In this document: in pieces, positions 14,501 to 26,300 of the stretch
Numbering within the stretch: position 1 is the stretch's first letter
Layout: each line of letters opens with the position of its first letter
Assembly (NCBI GenBank): GCA_965655095.1
Contig: OZ296650.1
Coordinates: 7,998,001-8,062,000, forward strand
Direction of reading: 5' to 3'
From: Haplodiscus bocki
Lineage: Eukaryota
DNA: 64,000 bases
The notes under the pieces: generated by a model
Database searches by the model: none
Seen by the model: the letters and a program-made list of their open reading frames with translations, nothing else
What the model was told of the DNA's origin: nothing
Position numbers and translations under genes: made by a program

Positions 14501-17500
14501 ACAACATCAGATGTGTTCAAATACCTTCACTGCAGTAAGACACTAACTTAGTTTGAGCATCTGATTGAAGATCGAACTAAAAAATTCGTTTTAACGAAGG
14601 CCACAGAAGCACTGACTAAATTGAACTCAGCCAACACGGATTGAGCTTGGTTTGTTGTTAACTGATCATGCAAGTTTTACGTTTTTGCTGACGTGACTGG
14701 CAGAATAGAATTTTTCTTGCTGTCAAGTTCCGCTTTAGACGACTTAACATTATTGAAGATCATGACTACATCCTAAGATGTTTTCCAACACAATGCTGTA
14801 GACAGACACCAAATAAATCTGAGCGTAGGAAGAAAGAATGAACTTTAACGTTCGTTTCAAGAAAGACCAAAGAAGCACAGACTTAGTTGAACTCAGGCAA
14901 AATCTAACAAGTTTTGTTAGTAGTAAGCTGATCATCCAAATTTCACGACCTGCTGGACCTGTTAGGTAGATTGAAGAGATCTTCGTGCTCTCAAGGGGTT
15001 GCGTCTAAAGTTTGAACAACATTGAAGATCATGATTACATAATAGGACGTTTTCCAGCAAATCGTTGTAATCAGACACCAATTTAAGATGAGCGTAGGAA
15101 GAAAGAACAAATTTTACTGTTCGTTTCAAGAGACACTAGAGAAGCACTGGCTAAGTTTAACTCAAACGACAAGGATTCAGCTTTGTTTGTAGTTATCTGA
15201 TCATGCAAGTTTTACAACTATCCTAACCTGGTAGGGAGATTTTAGATTTTCTTGCTCTCAAGTGTTCCCGTTAGACACCTAGACAACTGAACAGCATTGA
15301 AGATCACGATTACATCATAGGTTGTATTGGAACGCTTCGCCGTAGACAGACACTGTCTGATCCTGGTCGTATGACTAAAGAACAAATTGAAAATTCGTAA
15401 TAAACAAGACCACAGAAGCAGTGTCTTAGATGAATTCAGACATCGCAGATCAAGTTTTGTATGTAGTCGGCCTGTCAAGCCAGTTTTACGACTTTTTTGA
15501 CCTTTTCGGGAGATTGAAGATGTTCCTGCTCGCAAGATTTCGCGTTACAAGTCTGAACGGCATTGAAGATCTTGATTATATCGAAAGCTGTAATAAAACA
15601 CTTCGTTTTAGTAAGACACTATGTTAGCTTGGTCGTTTGACTAAAGAACGGGTTGAAATATTCGTAACAAGCAAGAACATTGAAGCATTGGCTTAATTGA
15701 ACTCAGGTAACACCCTATCGAGTTTTGTCTTTAGTATTCTGATCTTTCAAGTTTCACAAATTTCCTTACCCTTTCGGGAAATTTAAGATCCTCCTACTCA
15801 CAAGAGATCGCGTCTGAAGTCTGAAAAACTTTGAAAATCCTGCTTACATCATCAGTTGTGCTCAAATACTTTCGCTGTTTTAAAACACTAACCTAGTTTA
15901 AGCGTAGGATTGTAGATCGAACGATAAAATACGTTATGAGCAAGACACAGAAGAACTGGCTCAGTTGAACTCAAACAACAAGGATCGAGCATTGTTTGTA
16001 GTTATCTGATCATGCAAGTTTTGCGACTATCCTGAACTGGTGGGGAGATTTTATATTTTCTTGTTCTCAAGTGTTCGCGTTAGACATCTGAACAACCTTG
16101 GAGATCATGGTTACTTCATAAGATGTTTCCCAAAACATCGATGTAGTCATACACCAACTTCACTTGAGCGTATGAGGAAAGAGCGAAATTAAGTTCTCGA
16201 TTCAAGTGAGGCCACTGAGCCACTGGCTTAGTTGAACGCTGGCAACAACTATCGAGTTTTCTCTCTTAGAATCTGATTTTGCAATTTTCACGAAGTTCGT
16301 GACATGGTACGTAGATTGTTGAACGGGTTCACGTTAGAACTCTGAACAACATTGAAGATCCTGTGTGTGATCAAATACTTCGCTGCAGTAAGACACTAAC
16401 TTAGTTTAAGCATCTGATTGAAGATCGAACTACAAAATTCCTTTTAACGAAGGCCACAGAAGCACTGACTAAGTTGAACTCAGCCAACACGGATCAGGCT
16501 TTGTTTGTAGTTAACTGATCATGCAAGTTTCAAGTCTTTGCTGACCTGGCTGGCAGAATAGAGTTTTTCTTGCTCTCAAGTTCCGCTTTAGGCAACCGAA
16601 CCTTATTGAGAACATGATTATATCTTAATATGTTTTGCAACACATCGTTGTAGACAGACACCAATTCAATCTGAGCGTAGGAAAAAAGAATGAACTTTAA
16701 CGTTCGTTTCAAGAAAGACCAAAAAAGCACTGGCTTTGTTGAACTCAGGCATATTCTAACAAGTTTTGTTAGTAGTCAACTGATCAGCCAAATTTCACGA
16801 CCTGCTGGAGTTGTTAGGTAGATTGAAGAGATCTTTGTGCTCTCAAGGGGTTGCGTCTAAAGTCTGAACAACATTGAAGATCATGATTACATAAGAGGAC
16901 GTTTTCCAGCAAATTGTCGTAGTCAGACACCAATTTAACAAGAGCGTAGGAAGAAAGAACGAATTTTACTTTTCGTTTCAAGAGATACTAAAGGAGAACT
17001 GGCTAATTTGAACTCAAGCAACACCTATCGATTTGTGTTTGTAGTAATCTGATCATGCAGGCTTTTTTACGTTCCTGACCATTTGGGGAGAAAATAAATT
17101 TTCTTGCCCCAAGAGTCCACGTCAGACATCTGAAAAACGTTGAAGATCATGATTCCATCATTGGTTGTTTTGAAACTCTTCGCCGTAGCCAGACACTGTC
17201 TTAGCCTGGTCGTATCATTAAAGAACCAACTGCAAACTTCGTAAAAAACAAGACCACAAAAGCAATGTGTTAGATGAATTGAGACATCGCAGATCAAGTT
17301 TTGTATGCAGTCGGCCTGTCATGCCAGTTTTACGATTTTTTTGACCTTTTCGGCAGATTGAAGATCTTCCTGCTCACAAGATTTCGTGTTACACGTCTGA
17401 GTAGCATTGAAGATCTTGATTACATCATCAGTTGCGTTCAAATACTTTCGCTGTAGTAAAACACTGACATAGCTTAAGCGTAGGATTTTTGAACGAACGA

Positions 17501-17704
17501 CGAAATACGTTATGAGCAAGACACAGAAGAACTGGCTCAGTTGAACTCAAACAACAAGGATCGAGCTTTGTGTGTAGTTATCTGATCATGCAAATTTTAC
17601 GACTAACCTGAACTGTTGGGGAGATTTTAGAGTTTCGCATTCTTAAGTGTTCGCGTTAGACATCTGAACAACATGGAAGACCATGATCACATCATAGGTT
17701 GTGT

Positions 17705-18785
17705 TGAAACAATTCGCCGTAGCCAAACACTGTCTTAGCCTGGTCGTTTGACTAAAGAACGAACTGAAAACCTCGTAATATATAAGGCCACAAAGGCAGT
17801 GTCTTAGATGCATTCAGACAACAGAGATCGAGATTTGTATGCAGTCGTCCTATCATGCCAGTATTACAATTTTTTTGACCTGTTCGGGAGACTGAAGATG
17901 TTCCTGCTCTCAAGAGTTCGTGTTAGACGTCTGAATAGCATTGAAGATCTTGATTACACCGAAAGCTGTAATAAAACACTTCGTTTTAGTAAGACACTAT
18001 GTTAGCTTGGTCGTTTGGCTGAAGATCAGGTTGAAAAAATCGTAACAAGCAAGACCGCAGAAGCATTGGCTTAGTTCAACGCAGGTAACACCCTATCGGG
18101 TTCTGTCTGTAGTAATATGATCTTGCAAGTTTCACGATTTTCCTTACCGGTTCGGGATATTTAAGAACTTCCTACATCCAAGAGATTGTATCTGATGTCT
18201 GAAAAACATAGAAGATCCTGATAACAACATCAGATGTGTTCAAATACCTTCGCTGCAGTAAGACACTAACTTAGTTTGAGCATCTGATTGAAGATCGAAC
18301 TAAAAAATTCGTTTTAACGAAGGCCACAGAAGCACTGACTAAATTGAACTCAGCCAACACGGATCGAGCTTGGTTTGTTGTTAACTGATCATGCAAGTTT
18401 TACGTTTTTGTTGACGTGACTGGCAGAATAGAGTTTTTCTTGCTGTCAAGTTCCGCTTTAGACGACTTAACATTATTGAAGATCATGACTACATCCTAAG
18501 ATGTTTTCCAACACATTGCTGTAGACAGACACCAATTCAATCTGAGCGTAGGAAAAAAGAATGAAATTTAATGTTCGTTTCAAGAGAGACCAAAGAAGCA
18601 CTGGCTTAGTTGAACCCAGACAAAATCTAACAAGTTTTGTTAGTAGTAATCTGATCATACAAATTTCACGACCTGCTGGACCTGTTAGGTAGATTGAAGA
18701 GATCTTCGTGCTCTCAAGGGGTTGCGTCTAAAGTATGAACAACATTGAAGACCATGATTACATAACAGGACGTTTTCCAGCAAAT
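17705..18785. repeat. Close copy of ~13982-15062 (4 monomers), offset 3723 bp (14 monomers)
   Basis: ORF pairs 14085/17808 and 14750/18473 are both offset by 3723. Both blocks carry the variant TATCGGGTTCTGTCTGTAGTAATATG. Confidence 0.85.
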
Positions 18786-21700
18786 CGTCGTAGTCAGACA
18801 CCAATTTAACAAGAACCTAGGAAGAAAGAACGAAATTTACTGTTCGTTTCAAGAGACACTAAAGACGAACTGGCTAAATTGAACTCAAGCAACACCTATC
18901 GAACTGTGTTTGTAGTAATTTGATCATGCAGCCTTTTTTACGTTCCTGACCATTTGGGGAGAAAATAAATTTTCTTGCCCCAAGAGTCCACGTCAGACAT
19001 CTGAAAAACGTTGAAGATCATGATTCCATCATTGGTTGTATTGAAACACTTCGCCGTAGCAAGACACTGTCTTAGCCTGGTCGTATCACTAAAGAACAAA
19101 CTGCAAACTTCGTAAAAAACAAGACCACAAAAGCAATGTCTTAGATGAATTCAGACATCGCAGTTCGAGCTCTGTATGCAGTCAGCCTGTCATGCCAGCA
19201 TTACGATTTTTTTACCTGTTCGGGAGATTGAAGATGCTCCTGCTGGCAAGATTTCGTGTTACACGTCTGAGTAGCATTGAAGATCTTGATTACATCATCA
19301 GTTGTGTTCAAATACTTTCCCTGTAGTAAAACACTAACATAGCTTAAGCGTAGGCTTTTTGAACGAACGACGAAATACGTTATGAGCAAGACACAGAAGA
19401 ACTGGCTCAGTTGAACTCAAACAACAAGGATCGAGCTCTGTTTGTAGTTATCTGATCATGCAGGTTTTACAACTATTCTCACCTGGTGGGTGGAATTTGG
19501 ATTTTCTTGCTCTCAAGTGTTCGCATTAGATATCTGAACAGCCTTGAAGATCATGATCATATCATAAGCTGTTTCCCAACACATCGTTGTAGTCATACAC
19601 CAACTTCACTTGAGCGTATGAGGAGAGAGCGAACTTAACTTCTCGGTTAAAGAGAGACCGCTGAACCACTGGCTTAGTTGAACGCTGGCAAGAACTATCG
19701 AGTTTTGTCTCTAGTAATCTGATTTTGCAATTTTCACGAGTTTCGTGACCTGGTCCGTAGAGTTTTGATCTTTCTGCTCTAAAAGGTTCGTGTTACAACT
19801 CTGAACAACATTGAAGATCCTGTGTGTTCTCAAATACTTCGCTGCAGTAAGACACTAATTTAGTTTGAGCATCTGATTGAAGATCGAACTAAAAAATTCG
19901 TTTTAACGAAGGCCACAGAAGCACTGACTAAATTGAACTCAGCCAACACGGATCGAGCTTGGTTTGTTGTTAACTGATCATGCAAGTTTTACGTTTTTGT
20001 TGACGTGACTGGCAGAATAGAATTTTTCTTGCTCTCAAGTTCCGCTTTAGACGACTTAACATTAATGAAGATCATGATTTAATCCTAAGATGTTTTCCAA
20101 CACATCGCTGTAGACAGAAACCAATTCAACCCGAGCGTAGGAAGAAAAAACGAACTTTAACGTTCGTTTCAAGAGAGACTAAAGAAGTACTGGCTTAGTT
20201 GAACTCAGGCAACAACTATCGAGCTTTGTTTGTGGTAATCTGACCATGCAAATTTTTTAACATTCTAGAGGTGGTATTGAAGAAAAATTTCTTGCTCTCA
20301 AGAGTCCGCGTCACGTATCTGAACAAATTTGGGGATCATTGTCACATCGTGCGATTTTTTACAACACATCGTTACAGTCACACAGCAACCTAATTTGAGT
20401 GTATGAAGAAAGAACGAACCTAAAATCTCGATTCAAGGGAGACCACTGAACCAATGGCTTAGTTGAACGCTGGCATCAACTATCGAGTTTTGTCTCTATT
20501 ATTCTGATTTTGCAATTTCCACGAGTTTCGTGACCTGGTCGGTCCGTAGATTTTTGATCTTTCTGCTCCAAAAGGTTCGTGTTAGAACTCTGAACAACAT
20601 TGAAGATCCTGTGTGTGTTCAAATAATTCGCTTCAGTATGACACTAACTTAGTTTAAGCATCTGATTGAAAATCGAACTACAAAATTTGTTACAACGAAT
20701 GCCACAGAAGCACTGACTAAGTTGAACTCAGCCGACACAGATCGAGCTTTGTTTTTAGATAACTGATCATGCAAGTTTTACGTCCTTGCTGACCTGGCTG
20801 GCAGAATAGAGATTTTTCTGCTCTCAAGTTCCACTTTAGACAACTGAACATTTTTGAAGATCATTATTACATCCCAAGATGTTTTACAACACATCGCTGT
20901 AGACAGACACCAACTCAATCTGAGTGCAGGAAGAAAGAATGAAATTACCGTTCGCTTCAAGGGAGACCAAAGAAGCACTGGCTTAGTTGAACTCAAGCAA
21001 AATCGATCAAGTTTTGTTAGTAGTAATCTGATCATCCAATTTTCACAACTTTCTTGACCTATTAGGTAGACTGATAGTCTTCCTGCTCTCCAGGGGTTGC
21101 GTCTAAAGTCTGAACAACCTTGAAGCTCCTGATTATTTCATCAGATGTGTTCAAATACTTCGCCTTATCAGGACGTTAACTTAGTTTTAGCGTATGGTTG
21201 AGGAACGAGTTAAAAATTTATTCGTTATAAGCAAGACACAGAAGCACTGACTTAGTTTAACTCAGGCACCAAATATGAGACATTGTTTGGAGTAATCTGA
21301 TCATGCTGGTTTTTTAACATTCCTGATCTGGTGGGGAGAAAATAAGTTTTCTTGCCCTCAAAAGTCTGCGTCAGACATCTGAAAAACATTGAAGATCTTG
21401 ATTACATCAACAGTTGTATTGAAACACTTCACTGTAGCCAGACACTGTCTTTGCCTGGTCCTTTGACTAACGAACGAACTGAAAACCTCGTAATAAATAA
21501 GGCCACAAAAGCAGTGTCTTAGATGAATTCAGACATCAGAGATCAAGATTTGTATGCAGTCGTCCTAGCATGCCAGTGTTACGATTTTCTGGACATGTTT
21601 GGGAGATTGAAGACGTTCCTGCTGTCAAGAGTTCGTGTTAGACGTCTGAATAACATTGAAGATCTTGATTACACCGAAAGCTGTAATGAAACACTTCGTT

Positions 21701-23385
21701 TTGTTTAGACACTTTGCTAGCCTGGTCGTTTGACTAAAGATCGGGTTGAAAAATTCGTAACAAGCAAGACCACAGTCGCATTGGCTTAGTTGAACTCAAG
21801 TACCACCCTATCGAGTTTTGTCTGTAGTAATCTGATCTTGCATTTTTCACGATTTCCCTTACCGATTCGGGAGGTTAAGGATTTTCGTGAACACGAGGAT
21901 CGTGTCTGAAGTCTGAGAAACATTGAAGATCCTGATTACATCATCAGTTGTGTTCAAATACTTTCGCTGTATTAAAACACTAACGTAGCTTAAGCGTAGT
22001 ATTGTAGATCGAACGATAAAGTACCTTATGAGCAAAACACAGAAGAATTGGCTCAGTTGAACTCAAACAACAAGGATCGAGCTTTGTTTGTAGTTATTCG
22101 ACCATGCAAGTTTTACGACAATCTTGACCTGGTGGGGAGGTTTTAGATTTTCTTGCTCTCAAGTGTTCGAGTTAGACATCTGAACAACCTTGAAGATCTT
22201 GATTACATCATAATATGATTTCCAACTCATCGCCGTAGTCAGACACCAACTTAACCTGAGCGTAAGAGGAAAGAACGAATTTTACAGTTCGTTTCAGAAG
22301 AAACCAAAGAAGAACTGGTTTAGTTGAACTCACGCAACTCCTATCGAACTTTATTTGTAGTAATCTGATCATGCCTTTTTTTAACTTTCCTGACCCGGTT
22401 GGGAGAAAACAGTTTCTCTTGCTCTCAAGTGTCAACGTTACACATCTGAATAACTTTGAGGATCATGATAACATCATAAGATATTTTCCAACACATCGCT
22501 GTAGTCATACGCTAAGTTAAGTTGACCATATGAATAAATTAAGAACTTAAAGTTTCAATTCAAGAGAGACCGCTGACCACTGGCTTACTTGAACACTGGC
22601 AAAACCTATCGAATTTTGTCTCTAGTAATCTGACTATGCAGTTTTCACGAATTTCCTGACCTGGTCCAGCGAACGTTGATCTTCTTGCCCTGAAGGATTT
22701 GTGTTAGAAGTCTGAACCACTTTGAAGATCCTCATTATATCAAAAGACGTATTCAATTCAAACATTTCGCTGTAGTCAGACACTATCTCAGCCTGTTCGT
22801 TTGATTAAAGAAGGAACTTAAGTCTTCGTAATAAGCAAAACCAGTGAAGCATTGTCTTAGTTGAACTCAGATGTCACAGATCAAGATTAAAGTGCTGTAG
22901 TCCAATCGCTCAAAGTGTACATTTTCCTTGAACTGGTCGGGAGATAAAAGATCATCCTGCTCTCAAAAATTCGTGCAAGATCTCTGAAGAGCATTGAAGA
23001 TCTCGATCACATCATCAGATGTGTCCATATACTTCGCCATAGCAGGACGTTAACTTGGTTTAAGCGTATGATTGAAGAACGAACTATAAACTTCGTAATA
23101 AGCAAGACCACTGAAGCAGTCTCTTGGTTGAACTGAGACATCACAGATCAAGTTGTGTTTGTGATTATCTGATCATGCAAGTTTTTAAACTATCCTGACC
23201 TGGTGGGGGATTTTGGACTTTCTTGCTCTCAAGTGTTTGCATTAGACATCTGAACAGCCTTGAAGATCATGACAACATAAGATGTTTCCCAACACATCGT
23301 TTTAGTCATACACCAACTTAACGTGAGCGTATGAAGAAAGAACGAACTTAACTTCTCGATTCCAGAGAGACCACTCAACCACTGG

Positions 23386-26300
23386 CTTAGGTGAACGCTG
23401 GCAAGAACTATCGAGTTTTGGCTGTAGTAATCTGATTTTGCAATTTTCACGAGTTTCGTGACCTGGTCCGTAGATTGTGATCTTTCTGCGCTAAAAGGTT
23501 CGTGTTAGAACTCTGAACAACATTGAAGATCCTGTGTGTGCTCAAATACTTCGCTGCAGTAAGACACTAACTTAGTTTAAGCATCTGATTGGAGATCGAA
23601 CTAAAAAATTCGCTATAATCAAGACCACAGAAGCACTGACTAAGTTGATTTCAGCCAAAACGGATCAGGTTTTGTTTGTAGTTAACTGATCATGCAAGTT
23701 TTAAGTGTTTGCTGACCTGGCTGGCAGAATAGAGTTTTTCTTGCTCTCAAGTTCCTCTTAAGACAACTGAACCTTATTGAAGATCATGATTACATCCTAA
23801 GATGTTTTCCAACACATCGCTGTAGAGAGACACCAATTCAACCTGAGCGTAGGAAGAAAGAATGAACTTTAACGTTCGTTTCAAGAGAGAACAAAGAAGT
23901 ACTGGCTTAGTTGAACTCAGGCAAAATCTATCAAGTATTATTAGTAGTAATCTGATCATCCAAATTTCACGACCTGCTGGACCTATAACCTAGATTGTAA
24001 ACCTTCCTGCTCTCAACGGATTGCGCTAAAGTCTGAACAACATTGATGATCAAGATTACATAATAGGACGTTTTCCTGCAACTCGCCGTAGTCGGACACC
24101 AATTTAAATTGAGCGTAGGAAGAAAGAGTGGATTTAACTGTTCTTTTCAAGGGAGACCAAAGAAGCACTGGATTAGTTGAACTCACGCAACAACTATCGA
24201 TCTTTGTTTGTGGTAATCTGACCATGCAATTATTTTAACATTCTAGAGGTGGTGTTGAGAAAAAAATTTTTCTTGCTCTCAAGAGTCCGTGTCACGTATC
24301 TGACCAAATTTGAGGATCATTGTCACATCGTGCGATTTTTTACAACACATCGTTATAGTCACACAGCAACCTAATTTGAGTGTATGAAGAAACAACGAAC
24401 CTAAAATCTCGATTCAAGGGAGACCACTGAACCAATGGCTTAGTTGAACGCTGGCATCAACTATCGAGTTTTGTGTCTAGTAATCTGATTTTGCAATTTT
24501 TACGACTTTCGTGACCTGGTCAGTAGATTGTTGATCTTTCTGCTCTAAAAGGTTCGTGTTAGAACTCTGAACAACATTGAAGAATATGATTACATCATAA
24601 GTTGTATTGAAACACTTCGCCGTAGCCAGACACTCTCTGAGCATGGTCGTTTGACTAAGGAACGAACTGAAACTTGGTAATAATTAAGACCACAAAAGCA
24701 GTGTCTCAGATGAATTCAGAAACCACAGATAAAGCTTTGTATGCAGTCGTCCAATCATGCCAGTATTGCGATTTTTTTCACCTGTTTATTAGATTGAAAG
24801 TCTTCCTGCTCTGAAGCGTTCGTGTTAGAAGTCTGAACCACATTAAAGATCCTGATTACATCAAAAGGTGTTTTCAAACACTTCGTTTTTGTAGGACACC
24901 ATCTTAGTCTGTTTGTTTGACTAAAGAAGGAACTTAAGTGTTCGTAATGAAAAATAACAAAGAAGCAGCCTCTTAGTTGAACTCAGACTTCATGCATCGA
25001 GTGTTGTATGCAATCGTCTTATCATGCATGTTTACGAGTTTCTTGATTTGCTCGGGAAATTGAAGATCTTCCTGCTCTCAAAAGTTCTCGTTAACGAATG
25101 AATAACATTTGAGATCCCGATTGCATCATCAGTTGTGTTCCAATACTTCGCTGTAGAATGACTTTAACATATCTTAATCGTAGGATTGTAGAACGAACTA
25201 CAAAATACGTTATAAGCAAGACACCGATAACTGGCTCAGTTGAACTCAAACAACAGGGATCGAGTTCTGTTTGTGGTTATCTGATAATGCTTGCTTTAAA
25301 ATTTCAAGACTTGGTCGGGAAAATGTAGATCTTCTTGTTCTCAGGGGTTCCTGTTTGAAGCTTGAACAACATTGAAGATAGAAATTACATCAAAAATGTG
25401 TTGAAAAACTTCGCCGTAGTCAGACACTCCCTTAGCTTGGTCGTTTGACCAAAGAACGAATAGAAAATTTCGCAAAAAGGAAGAACACTGAAGCACTGTC
25501 TTAATTGAAAACATAGAAAACTCAGCCAGTCGTGTTTGTAGTATTCTGAATATGAAAGTTCCCGAAAAGTCTTGACCTGGTCGAAAGAATGTAGATCTTC
25601 TGACTCTGTAGAGTTCATGTCAGACGCCTGAACGACCTTGAATTTCAACAAAACAAAATAAGATGTGTTCAAACACTTCCCTGTAGTTTGATACTAACTT
25701 AGTTTTAGCGTATCATTGAAGAACGAAGTTTATTGTTCATTGAAAGTAAAACCATTGAAGCAATGTATTTCTCAGTTGAACTCAAACATCGAGAATCAAG
25801 ATTTAACTGCAGTCGTCCTGGTACGCAAGTTGTACGACTTTCTTGACCTGGTTGGGAGTATGAAAAATTTCTTGCCTTCAAAAGTTTGCGTTAGAAATCT
25901 GAACAACATTGAGGATCATGGTTTTATCATAGGATGTTTTCCAACACATCGCTGTAGTCAGACACCAACTTAGTTTGACCTTATGAAAAAAAACGAACGC
26001 TACTCTTCGTATCAAGAGAGACCACTGAACCACTGGCTTAGTTGAACGCTGGCAACAACTATCGAGTTTTGTCTCTAGTAATCTGATTTTGCATTTTTCA
26101 CGAATTTCCTGAAGTGGTCCTTAGAATGTTGATCTTCCTGCTCTGAAGAATTCGTGTTAGAAGTCTGAACGACTTTGAAAAGCTCGATTACATCAAAAGA
26201 TGTAGTCAGACATTATCTTGGTCTGTTCGCTTGATTAAAGAAGGAACTTGAGTTTTCGTAGTAAACAAGATCAATGAAGCAGTGTTTTAGTTGAACTCAG

